DNA from: Mobula hypostoma
Lineage: Eukaryota
Length of the DNA stretch: 64,000 nt
Assembly (NCBI RefSeq): GCF_963921235.1
Contig: NC_086107.1
Span: 116,562,001 to 116,626,000, forward strand
Direction: 5' to 3'
The notes beneath the pieces are model-generated. The model did no database searches. It had not been told where the DNA came from and was given only the letters and a program-made list of their open reading frames with translations. This document shows positions 11,582 to 23,500 of this stretch, piece after piece (the stretch's first letter is position 1; each line of letters begins with the position of its first letter). The position numbers and the translations under genes were made by a program.

Positions 11582-14500
11582 GTTGGGGAGGGAGGAATTG
11601 GCAGCGGCATGTTTTGAAGGAGTCGGGGGCGGGTGGTTTGGAGGGAGCTGTGGAAGGGAGTGAGGAGGGATCAGTGGGGTAAGCAGACATCCCACCTCTC
11701 CCGCAAACTGATGGTGCTACCTCCGTGAAAAGAGTTTTTGCAGGGTGGGATGTCTTGGTAAGAGTGTGGGGTAAGGTGTGGGAGTTCTGCTATGGGGAAG
11801 TGCAAAAGAGTTGGAGGGGAGGAGGGTGGTGAGTTTGGAGGGGAGTGGTGGGGGTAGGGAGGAGGAGGGTTTGGAGGGGAGTGGGTGTGGAGGAGGGTTT
11901 GGAGGGTAGTTGGGGGAGGTCGAGGTTGGCAGATTTATAGTCATACTTTATTGATCCCCGGGGAAATTGGTTTTCGTTACAGTTGCACCATAAATAATAA
12001 ATAGTAATAGAACCATAAATAGTTAAATAATAATATATAAATTATGCCAGTAAATTATGAAATAAGTCCAGGACCAGCATATCGGCTCAGGGTGTCTGAC
12101 CCTCCAAGGGAGGAGTTGTAAAGTTTGATGGCCACAGGCAGGAATGACTTCCTATGACGCTCTGTGCTGCATCTCGGTGGAATGAGTCTCTGGCTGAATG
12201 TACTCCTGTGCCCAACCAGTACATTATGTAGTGGATGGGAGACATTGTCCAAGATGGCATGCAACTTAGACAGCATCCTCTTTTCAGACACCACCGTCAG
12301 AGAGTCCAGTTCCATCCCCACAACATCACTGGCCTTACGAATGAGTTTGTTGATTCTGTTGGTGGCTGCTACCCTCAGCCTGCTGCCCCAGCACACAACA
12401 GCAAACATGATAGCACTGGCCACCACAGACTCGTAGAACATCCTCAGCATCGTCCGGCAGATGTTAAAGGACCTCAGTCTCCTCAGGAAATAGAGACGGC
12501 TCTGACCCTTCTTGTAGACAGCCTCAGTGTTCTTTGACCAGTCCAGTTTATTGTCAATTCATATCCCCAGGTATTTGTAATCCTTCACCATGTCCACACT
12601 GACCCCCTGGATGGAAACAGGGGTCACCGGTACCTTAGCTCTCCTCAGGTCTACCACCAGCTCCTTAGTCTTTTTCACATTAAGCTGCAGATAATTGTGC
12701 TCACACCACGTGACAAAGTTTCCTACCATAGCCCTGTACTCAGCCTCATCTCCCTTGCTGATGCATCCAACTATGGCAGAGTCATCAGAAAACTTCTGAA
12801 GATGACAAGACTCTGTGCAGTAGTTGAAGTCCGAGGTGTAAATGATGAAGAGAAAGGGAGACAAGACAGTCCCCTGTGGAGCCCCAGTGCTGCTGATCAC
12901 TCTGTCGGACACACAGTGTTGCAAGCACACGTACTGTGGTCTGCCAGTCAGGTAATCAAGAATCCATGATACCAGGGAAGCATCCACCTGCATCGCTGTC
13001 AGCTTCTCCCCCAGCAGAGCAGGGCAGATGGTGTTGAACGCACTGGAGAAGTCAAAAAACATGACCCTCACAGTGCTCGCTGGCTTGTCCAGGTGAGCGT
13101 AGACACAGTTCAGCAGGTAGACGATGGCATCCTCAACTCCTAGTCGGGGCTGGTAGGCGAACTGGAGGGGATCTAAGTGTGGCCTGACCATAGGCCGGAG
13201 CAGCTCCAGAACAAGTCTCTCCAGGGTCTTCATGATGTGGGAGGTCAATGCCACCGGTCTGTAGTCATTGAGGCCGCTGGGGCGCGGCGTCTTCGGCACA
13301 GGGACGAGGCAGGACGTCTTCCACAGCACAGGAACCCTCTGGAGCCTCAGGCTCAGGTTGAATACATGGCGAAGTACTCCACATAGCTGAGGGGCACAGG
13401 CTTTGAGCACCCTGGTACTGACACCATCCGGTCCTGCAGCCTTACTTGGGTTGAGACATTTCAGCTGTCTTCTCACCTGTTCAGCCGTGAAGCTCCCCGT
13501 GGTGGCTTCATGTGGGGAAGGGGCATAGTCATGAGCGCAGGGTGGGGGGTTGTGAGGAGGGGTAGGAGGGGAGAGTGGAATATGAGTTGGTTGGGGGCCG
13601 ACAACAGATGACTCATGTGAGGGATGGGCAGCGGCCGCACTGTCAAATCTGTTAAAGAACAGGTTAAAATACAGATGGTATTTGAGCCGAGCCGAGCCGA
13701 GCCGAGCCGAGGGGCTCCTGAGCAGGGCAGTGGGTGCAGACATTTTGTTGTGTTGATTGTCAGTGAGGAAGTGAAATGATTTCGAACTCTGCCCTGCCCC
13801 TCCCCTCCCCAGGGTTCTGTTCGCCCCGGCTCGTATGGTGACGGTCCCTCCGCGTCACTACTGTGTGGTGGTCAACCCGGTGGCCCGGGACGATGCACAG
13901 AGGCCGCTGATGGACAAATTTGGGCAGGTCCGGCTGAGGCACGGTGACCAGGAGGTGCGGCTGGCTCAGGACCCCTTCCCGCTGTATCCGGGAGAGGAAC
14001 TGGGCCAGGGAGCCACCCCGCTGCAGGTTGTGCGGACCAACTCGGCCCTTCACCTCCTGGCCCTGCTGGACTTCGAGGATGAATCGGGAGAGAAGCACGT
14101 GGCTGGTGACGAATGGCTCTTCGAGGGGCCAGGTAGGAAAATCTGCAAATCCTCCCCCACCCCCTCTGCCACGCTCTGGAAACACGGGCGGAGAAATGGC
14201 CGCTGGACCAGTGTGCGCTTTGGGAGTTCCATTGTAAAGCGACAGGGCACAGTTAATGACGGGAAGGGATCTTGGTGTCCGTGCCCACGGCACTACGAAG
14301 GTGGCCACACAAGCTGACACCGGCCTTCATTAGTCGAGGCACTGCGCTCATCGGTCAGGAAGTTACATTTCAGCTTGATAAACTCTGGAGTCCTGAATTC
14401 AGTTCTGTTCTGGTCGCCCCTTACAGGAAAGGTGTTGTCTGTATAATGTCTTACGGTCTTATCAGTCAGGGCATCAAAGGATATCACAAGAAAGCTGGTG

Positions 14501-17500
14501 CATGTGGTCAGAAGGGCAGAGGAAGTGGTTGTGGCAGCTACATTAATAGTATTTAAAAGATACTTGGACTGCTACACAGATAGGAAATGTTTAGGGGGAT
14601 ATGGAGTTCAAACGGGAGAGGTGATTGGCTTTGAAAGGTTAATCTTGAAGGCACAATACAGGATTGATGGCAGGTTTCTTAGAAATGTGGAGAAACGGAG
14701 TGGTCCTGGCATCCATATCCATCGACCCCTCAAAGTTGTTGTGCAAGTTGAAAGAGTGTTTAAGAGGATGTATGGTGTGTTGGCCTTCAGTAGTGGGAGG
14801 ATTGAGTTCAAGAGTCATGAGGTAATGTTGCAGCTCTATAAAACCCTGGTCAGACCACACTTAGAATATTGTGTTCAGTTCTGGTCTCCTCATTATAGGA
14901 AGGATGCTGCCTGGATTAGAGAGGGTGCAGAGGAGATTCACCAAGATGCTGCCTGGATTAGAGAGGGTGCAGAGGAGATTCACCAGGATGCTGCCTGGAT
15001 TAGAGAGGGTGCAGAGGAGATTCACCAGGATGCTGCCTGGATTAGAGAGGGTGCAGAGGAGATTCACCCGGATGCTGCCTGGATTAGAGAGGGTGCGGAG
15101 GAGATTCACCAGGATGCTGCCTGGATTAGAGAGGGTGCAGAGGAGATTCACCAAGATGCTGCCTGGATTAGAGAGGGTGCAGAGGAGATTCACCAGGATG
15201 CTGCCTGGATTAGAGAGGGTGCAGAGGAGATTCACCAGGATGCTGCCTGGATTAGAGAGGGTGCAGAGGAGATTCACCAAGATGCTGCCTGGATTAGAGA
15301 GGGTGCAGAGGAGATTCACCAGGATGCTGCCTGGATTAGAGAGGGTGCAGAGGAGATTCACCCGGATGCTGCCTGGATTAGAGAGGGTGCGGAGGAGATT
15401 CACCAGGATGCTGCCTGGATTAGAGAGGGTGCGGAGGAGATTCACCAGGATGCTGCCTGGATTAGAGAGGGTGCGGAGGATATTCACCTGGATGCTGCCT
15501 GGATTAGAGAGGGTGCAGAGGAGATTCACCAGGATGCTGTCTGGATTAGAGAGGGTGCAGAGGAGATTCACCTGGATGCTGCCTGGATTAGAGAGGGTGC
15601 GGAGGAGATTCACCAGGATGCTGCCTGGATTAGAGAGGGTGCAGAGGAGATTCACCCGGATGCTGCCTGGATTAGAGAGGGTGCGGAGGAGATTCACCAG
15701 GATGCTGCCTGGATTAGAGAGGGTGCAGAGGAGATTCACCCGGATGCTGCCTGGATTAGAGAGGGTGCAGAGGAGATTTACCAGGATGCTGCCTGGATTA
15801 GAGAGGGTGCAGAGGAGATTCACCAGGATGCTGCCTGGATTAGAGAGGGTGCAGAGGAGATTCACCCGGATGCTGCCTGGATTAGAGGGGGTGCGGAGGA
15901 GATTCACCCGGATGCTGCCTGGATTAGAGGGGGTGCGGAGGAGATTCACCAGGATGCTGCCTGGATTAGAGAGGGTGCGGAGGAGATTCACCAGGATGCT
16001 GCCTGGATTAGAGAGGGTGCGGAGGAGATTCACCAGGATGCTGCCTGGATTAGAGAGGGTGCGGAGGATATTCACCTGGATGCTGCCTGGATTAGAGAGG
16101 GTGCAGAGGAGATTTACCAGGATGCTGCCTGGATTAGAGAGGGTGCAGAGGAGATTCACCAGGATGCTGTCTGGATTAGAGAGAGTGCAGAGGAGATTCA
16201 CCTGGATGCTGCCTGGATTAGAGAGGGTGCGGAGGAGATTCACCAGGATGCTGCCTGGATTAGAGAGGGTGCAGAGGAGATTCACCCGGATGCTGCCTGG
16301 ATTAGAGAGGGTGCGGAGGAGATTCACCAGGATGCTGCCTGGATTAGAGAGGGTGCAGAGGAGATTCACCCGGATGCTGCCTGGATTAGAGAGGGTGCAG
16401 AGGAGATTTACCAGGATGCTGCCTGGATTAGAGAGGGTGCAGAGGAGATTCACCAGGATGCTGCCTGGATTAGAGAGGGTGCAGAGGAGATTCACCTGGA
16501 TGCTGCCTGGATTAGAGAGGGTGCAGAGGAGATTCACCCGGATGCTGCCTGGATTAGAGGGGGTGCAGAGGAGATTCACCAGGATGCTGCCTGGATTAGA
16601 GAGGGTGCAGAGGAGATTCACCAGGATGCTGCCTGGATTAGAGAGGGTGCAGAGGAGATTCACCAGGATGCTGCCTGGATTAGAGAGGGTGCGGAGGAGA
16701 TTCACCCGGATGCTGCCTGGATTAGAGAGGGTGCGGAGGAGATTCACCAGGATGCTGCCTGGATTAGAGAGGGTGCGGAGGAGATTCACCAGGATGCTGC
16801 CTGGATTAGAGAGGGTGCGGAGGAGATTCACCCGGATGCTGCCTGGATTAGAGAGGGTGCGGAGGAGATTCACCAGGATGCTGCCTGGATTAGAGAGGGT
16901 GCAGAGGAGATTCACCCGGATGCTGCCTGGATTAGAGAGGGTGCAGAGGAGATTTACCAGGATGCTGCCTGGATTAGAGAGGGTGCAGAGGAGATTCACC
17001 AGGATGCTGCCTGGATTAGAGAGGGTGCAGAGGAGATTCACCAGGATGCTGCCTGGATTAGAGAGGGTGCAGAGGAGATTCACCTGGATGCTGCCTGGAT
17101 TAGAGAGGGTGCAGAGGAGATTCACCCGGATGCTACCTGGATTAGAGGGGGTGCAGAGGAGATTTACCAGGATGCTGCCTGGATTAGAGAGGGTGTTTTA
17201 TGGGGAGAAGTTGAGCTTGTTAGAACATTTCTTTTTGAGGTGAAGGAGGATGCATGTTGGGTTAGGATGAAGAATTGTTATTTTCATCATAAGTTAACTC
17301 TCCTATGCTTGCTTGAGATTATATATAATCAAAGGTTTCAAATGTACATTTAATGTCAGAGAAATGTATACAATATACATCCTGAAATGGTTTTTCTTCG
17401 CAACCATCCACGAGAACAGAGGAGAGCCCTAAAGAATGAATGACAGTTAAATGTTAAAACCTCCAAATTCCCCCACAGCTCCCCCCCCACCACGTGTAAG

Positions 17501-20500
17501 TGGCAGCAAGCAACAATCCCCCCTCCCCCACCGGCAAAAAAGCATCGGCACCCGTCACTGAGCACTCGAACGTGCAGCAAAGCAAGAGCAAAGACACAGA
17601 CTTGCAGTACCCCAAAGACTACTTGTTCACCCGGTATTCGACATACCACCGGCTCTCTCTCTCCCTAATGAGGCAAAAAGAGGTGTCCCCGTTTCACACC
17701 TATATATGTGTAATTGTTCAGTAAATTTTCTAGTAATTGTGCTATAGCTGACTGTTATCTAAAAGTCTGTCAGCAGCAGGTGTCAGACCACTTGAATCTC
17801 TCTAGCTTTTAGATTAAGTGTTATCACTGGAATATTGTTTAGTCTTAGTATGAGATGGCCACAAGTTCTTCATCTTTGTGAGTTCTTTGTTCTTGTAGCA
17901 CTTGATGAAATGGTCTTAAGCACTAAGTTTTATAACCATTCCTGATTTCCACAGAGCCTCTGGATCAGTATCACCCGATCCAACAAGAGACAACTTGATA
18001 GAGGTGATGAGAGGCAGTGGTAGAGTGGACTGGTAGAGACTTTTTCCAGGGTGGAAATGGCTAATTTGAGAGGGCATAGTTATAGGTAATAACCCTAAGA
18101 ATAATGACTAGTTGGGCACAGCGAGGGTCTGCGATTACCTTTATTGGCTAAATTCACAAGCATGTGAATTTACACAATGGAATAGCTCTGTGCACAGCCC
18201 CTATGAACATGCAAATAGGGAAAGGTAATGCCCAGGAAAAGGAGTCGGCTCTGACGAGATATTCTCTTGATCCTAATCTAATCTTAATGTTTATGGGTGT
18301 GGCCCAAGGCTGGAAACAGTATTGCTTTATGACTCTCTGGTCAGCCTTCTGACATGAGTAATACTGTTTTTGTTCTTTAGCAGAGCAAGAAACAGTTCAC
18401 AAAATGGCAGCTGCTGCGTGAACACTCACAAAATGGCCGTCTCCATTCCTGCAAACACATGGCAAGAACAAAAGCATTGACTCTGTCTGCTTCCACCGTC
18501 TTTACCTCATTCCTGTTCACTGATTTCTAGATTTTAGTTCTTTCTAGCCAACAACATAATTTAAAGATGATTGGAGGAAAGTGAAAAAAGGGAACACGGA
18601 TGGTAGTTTGCCTCCCAGGTGCCAGGGTCCGAGATGTTTCTGGATGTGTCCACAATATCCCGAAGGGGGGTGGGGGCGTGAGCAGCCAGAAGTCGTGGTA
18701 TGTATTGGGTACAGGCAGTGGTGTGGCTCTGTTGGTGAGAGATGGAATTACGTCTTTGGAAAGAGGTGACATAGGGTCAAAGAATGTTGAATCTTTGTGG
18801 GTGGAGCTAAGAAATTGCAAGGGTGAAAAAAAAACCATTATGGGAATCATATATAGGCCTCCAAATAGTAGCCAAGATGTGGGGTTGAGTTTGTAAAGAG
18901 AGCTGGAAAAGGCATGTAATAAAGGTAATGACACAACTGTAATGGGGGACTTCAATATGCAAGGGGATTGAGAAATTCAGGTTGATGTCGGATTGCAGGA
19001 GAGGGAATTTGTTGAATGCCTATGAGATGGCTTTTCAGAGCAGCTTGTGTTTGGGCCTAACCTACATCTTAATGTAAAAGAACCCTTAGGAGGCAGTGAT
19101 CAAAATATGGCTGAATTCATACTGCAGTTTGAGAGGGAGAAGCATAACTCACATGTATCTATCACAATGGAATAAAGGGAATTACAGAGGCTTGAGAGAG
19201 GAGCTTGCCCAGGTGGATTGGAGGAGGATACTGGTGGGAATGATGGCAGAGCAGAGATGGCTGAAGTTTATGGGAATAGATCACAAGGTGCAGGATAGAT
19301 ATGTCCCACAGAGGAAGAAGTTCTCAAATGGCAGGGGTAGGCAACCGTGACTGACAACGGAAGATAAGTACAGGAAAGAGCGTATAAAGTAGCTGAAGTG
19401 AGTGGGAAGTTGGATGATTGCAAAGCTTTTAAAATCCAACAAAAGGCAACTAAAAAGCTGCAAGAAGGGAAAAGATGAAATATGAGGGCAAACTAGCTGA
19501 TAATATAAAGCAGGATACCAAAAGTTTTTTCATTTATATAAAGAGTAAAAGGGAGGTGAGGTTGATATTGGACCACTGGAAAATGATGCTGCTGAGGTAG
19601 TAGTGGGGGACAAAGAAATGGCAGATGACTTAATGAATACTTTGCATCTGTCTTCACTGTGGAAGACACGAGCAACGTGCCAGAGGTCCGCGAGTGTCAG
19701 GGAGCAGGAGTGAGTGCCTTTTCTATTACTATTACAAAGGAAAAAGTGCCAGGCAAACTGAAAGGTCTTAAAGGTGGATAAGTCACCTGGGCCAGATAAC
19801 GGATTCATTGGTCATGACCTTTCAAGAATGACTTGATTCTGGCATGGTCCTAGAGGACTGGAAGATTGCAAATGTCACTCCACTCTTTAAGAAGGGAGGA
19901 AGGCAAAAGAAAGGAAATTATTGGCCAGTTACACTAACCTCAGTGGTTGGGAGAGTGTTGGAGTCGATTATTAAGGACGAGGTTGAAAGGTTCAAAGGTA
20001 CAATTTAATGTCAGAGAAATGTATACAATATACATCCTGAAATGTTTTTTCTTTGCAAAACATCCACGAAAACAGAGAAGTGCCCCAAAGAATGAATGCC
20101 AGTTAAATGTGAGAACCCCAAAGTCCCCCCACCCCCAGCTCCCCCCTCGTGTGCAAGTGGTGGTGAGTAACAATCCTCCTCTCCCCACCAGCAAAACAAA
20201 AAGCACACCGCTACCGAGCACAAGCGTGAGCTAGGCGATAGCAAAGACATAGACCCTGCAGTTACCCCAAGGACTATCGCATTTCATCTGGCATTCGGCA
20301 ACCCACAGGTTCTTTCTCACCCTAATAAGGCAGAGGGCGGTGTTCCCCATTTTCACAGTGAGTGGGAAACATAACAACCCGCTGATTTATGATGTTAAAA
20401 GTCTGTTTCGTTGCTTTTTATGAGCTCTGTGCCAGAAGATCGCAAAGATCTCGGGTCTTTGGGCCCACAGCGAAAGATTTTCCGGCCTCCCCGACGACAC

Positions 20501-23500
20501 ACGAGTCTCCTGCCATGACACCGACCATCAATCCCCCCGTTTCCAGAGCCCCGTGATCCTAGGCTTCCGAACACTAGGCCTCCTCTCAGGCTGAGTCCTT
20601 GGCGTGCCGAACAACGGCTGGTCCTAAAACCCCCAGAATGGGTCCCATCCCCACAAAGAACCAAAGTCAGGGTGTAACTCCAGACCAGGGTCTTCAAAAG
20701 AACCCTGAAAGGCAAAAATATAAAGATATTAAAGATGGAAATAGAACTGTTTCCCAAGATGCAAAGAAAGGAGTTGTCATTAGCGCCATCTTAACTCTGC
20801 CTCCGTCTTGAGGTACTTGGAGACTAATGATAAAATAAGTCAAAGTCAGCATGGCTTCTGTAAAGGGAGATCTTGCCTGACAAGTCTGTTAGAGTTCTTC
20901 GAGGAAGTACCAAGCTGGGTGGACAAAGGAGAGGCTGTTGATGTCATTTACTTGGATTTTCAGAAAGCAAGACGCCACACATGAGGCTACTTAACAAGAT
21001 AAAATCCTGTGTTGTTACAGGAAAGATACTGGCATGGATTGGGGAAAGGCTGACAGGCAGGAGGCAGCGAGTGGGAATAAATAGTGCTTTTCAGGTTGGC
21101 TGCCAGTGACCAGTGGTGTTCCTCAGGGGTCAGTATTGGGACCTCGGGTTTTTCACATTGTTTGTTAATGATTTAGGTAATGGAATTGATGGCTTTGTGG
21201 CAAAGTTTGCAGATGATATGATGATAGGTGGAGGGGTAGGTAGTGCTGAGGAAGAAATGCGATTACAGCAGGACTTAGACAAATTGGAAGAATGGGCAAA
21301 AATGTGGCAGATGGAATTCAGTGTTGAGAAATATATGATAATGCATTTTAGTAAAAGGAACATTAATGTGGACTATTATCTAAATGGGGAGAAGGTTCAA
21401 ACATCAGAGATACAGAAGAACTTAGGAGTTCTTTGGCAAGACTCCCAGAAGGTTAATTTACAGGTTGAATCTGTGATAAAGGAGGCAAATGGAATATTGG
21501 CATTTGTTTCAAGGGGACTGGAATATAAAGCAAGGAGATAATGCTGAGCCTTTATAAGACACAAGACAGGCCCCTCCGAGAATTGTCAACAGATTTGGGC
21601 TCCATATCTCAGAGAGGATGGGTTGTCATTGGAGAGAGTCCAGACGAGGTTCACGAGGATGATTCCAGGAATGTAGGGGTTAACATATGAGGAGTGTTTG
21701 GCAGCTTTGGGCCTGTACTCACTGGATTTTAGAAGAATGCAGCGGCGGGGTGAGTCTTATGATTTTATGATATCGGAGGTAAGTTTTCTGCGCATAGTGG
21801 TGGGTGCATGGAACACCCTTCCAGGGCTGGAGCTAGAGGCAGGTACACTGGAGACATTTAACAGTACCTTTGATATGCACACGGGTGAAAGAAAAGTGGA
21901 GGGCTAAATAGGAGGGAAGGGTTAGATTGGTCTTGATATCGGCAGAACTTCATGGTCCGAAGGGCCTGTATTGTGCTGGCATGATCGCTCTTCCATTAAC
22001 ACTGGTTACATTTTGCCTCTCACCATACACCCACCTCTGAAACAGGAACCTACATCCCGCGGAAGGAGGTGGAAATTGTACAGACCATCGAGGCGACAGT
22101 GATTCATCATAACCAAGCCATTCGTCTGAGAGCACGGAAGGAGACTAAAGATAGGGAGGGTCACAATCGGGTGACAGGTGAGTGCAGACCCCTCCTCATT
22201 CGCCCTGTCCTGGAAACCTCAGTCAAGAGGGATGGGTGATTGAGTCTGTCCTGGAGCCAATGGGGGGGGGGAGGTGGAGATTAGAGGAAATAAACCTTTG
22301 TATATAAGGGTAGGACACGAACTGTGAAAGGTCGGGAGTGTCGAGGGACAGGGGGACCTCAGTGTACAAGGGTAGGACACGAACTGTGAACAGTGGGATC
22401 TGAGGGAGTATTCATCCTCTCCAAATCAATGTTAACGCGACTGACACAGCAGTGTAGAGTTTAGTGTACAGTGTGAACAACCTGGGTTTAATTCTCACAG
22501 CTGTCTGTACGTTCTCCCCATGACCATGGGGGTTTTCTCTCACAGTCCACAGACTGTATGGGTTAGTTGGTTAATTGGTCTGTGTAAATTGTCTTACAGT
22601 AAGGCTGGGGTTAAATGGGCTGGAAGCACCTGTTCCACAAAATATCCCTAAATAAATTCTACTTGTCGTCTTTAGACCAAATCGATGTGCAGGTTAACCT
22701 TGAGGGAAACCTGAAATGAGATACCCAAGCAGATTTTAGCACCTGCCATTTCTGAATTCCCTTCTCTTCTAAAACAAAAGTCTATGCATTTTATTAACCT
22801 GAGATTGTGCAGATGCTGAAATCTAGAGCAACACACACAAAGTGCTGGAGGAACTCAGCAGGTCAGGTACCATTTATGGGTCGATATTTTAGGGCGAAAC
22901 CCTTCATCGGAAGTGGCGTCAGCTTCTCCATAGCTGCTGAGTTCCTCCAGCATTTTGTGTGTGTTATTACGCCTTTTATTCCTGCCACAATCTGTAACCC
23001 TGCACTTCCCTAGGCAGTGTTCCACTTGCCACCTCTTTGCCCACACTCCCAACTTGTGCACGATGCTCCCTGTTTCTCCGTGCTCTGTGTGTTATGTACA
23101 AAGCCATTGATCCTTCACCAGAATCATTAATGTCCTCATTAAAAAGTTGTAGATACAGTAATGACCCCTGTGAAACTCAACTAGTCACTGGTAGCCATCC
23201 TGAAAAGACCCAATCCCCTTTTTCCCCACTCTCAGTCAGCCAGTCCCTCCATGTTAGCACCTTGCCTCTAACACCACGGGCTCCCAGCTTGTTAAGCTGC
23301 CTCACGTGTGCCACCTTGTCAAAGGCCTTCTGAAAATACAAGTAAGTGACATCCAGTGACTCTCCTTTGCCTCTGCTGCTCGTTACCTACACAAAAAAAT
23401 TTCACCAGATTGGTCTGGAGAGATTGTGCTGGCACCTTCCTATTTTATCAAAATGCTCCAAAATTTCACCCTTGATAATGGGCTCTAAAATCTGACCAAT

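Noticed and set aside
14902..17195. CRISPR-like array
   Set aside because: Units are head-to-tail with no unique spacers, there are no cas genes, and the context is eukaryotic.
14498..17353. 951, 790 and 754 aa ORFs as a novel repeat protein
   Set aside because: They result from a stop-free 42-bp unit derived from CR1 ORF2 inside an intron; there is no splice or promoter support.
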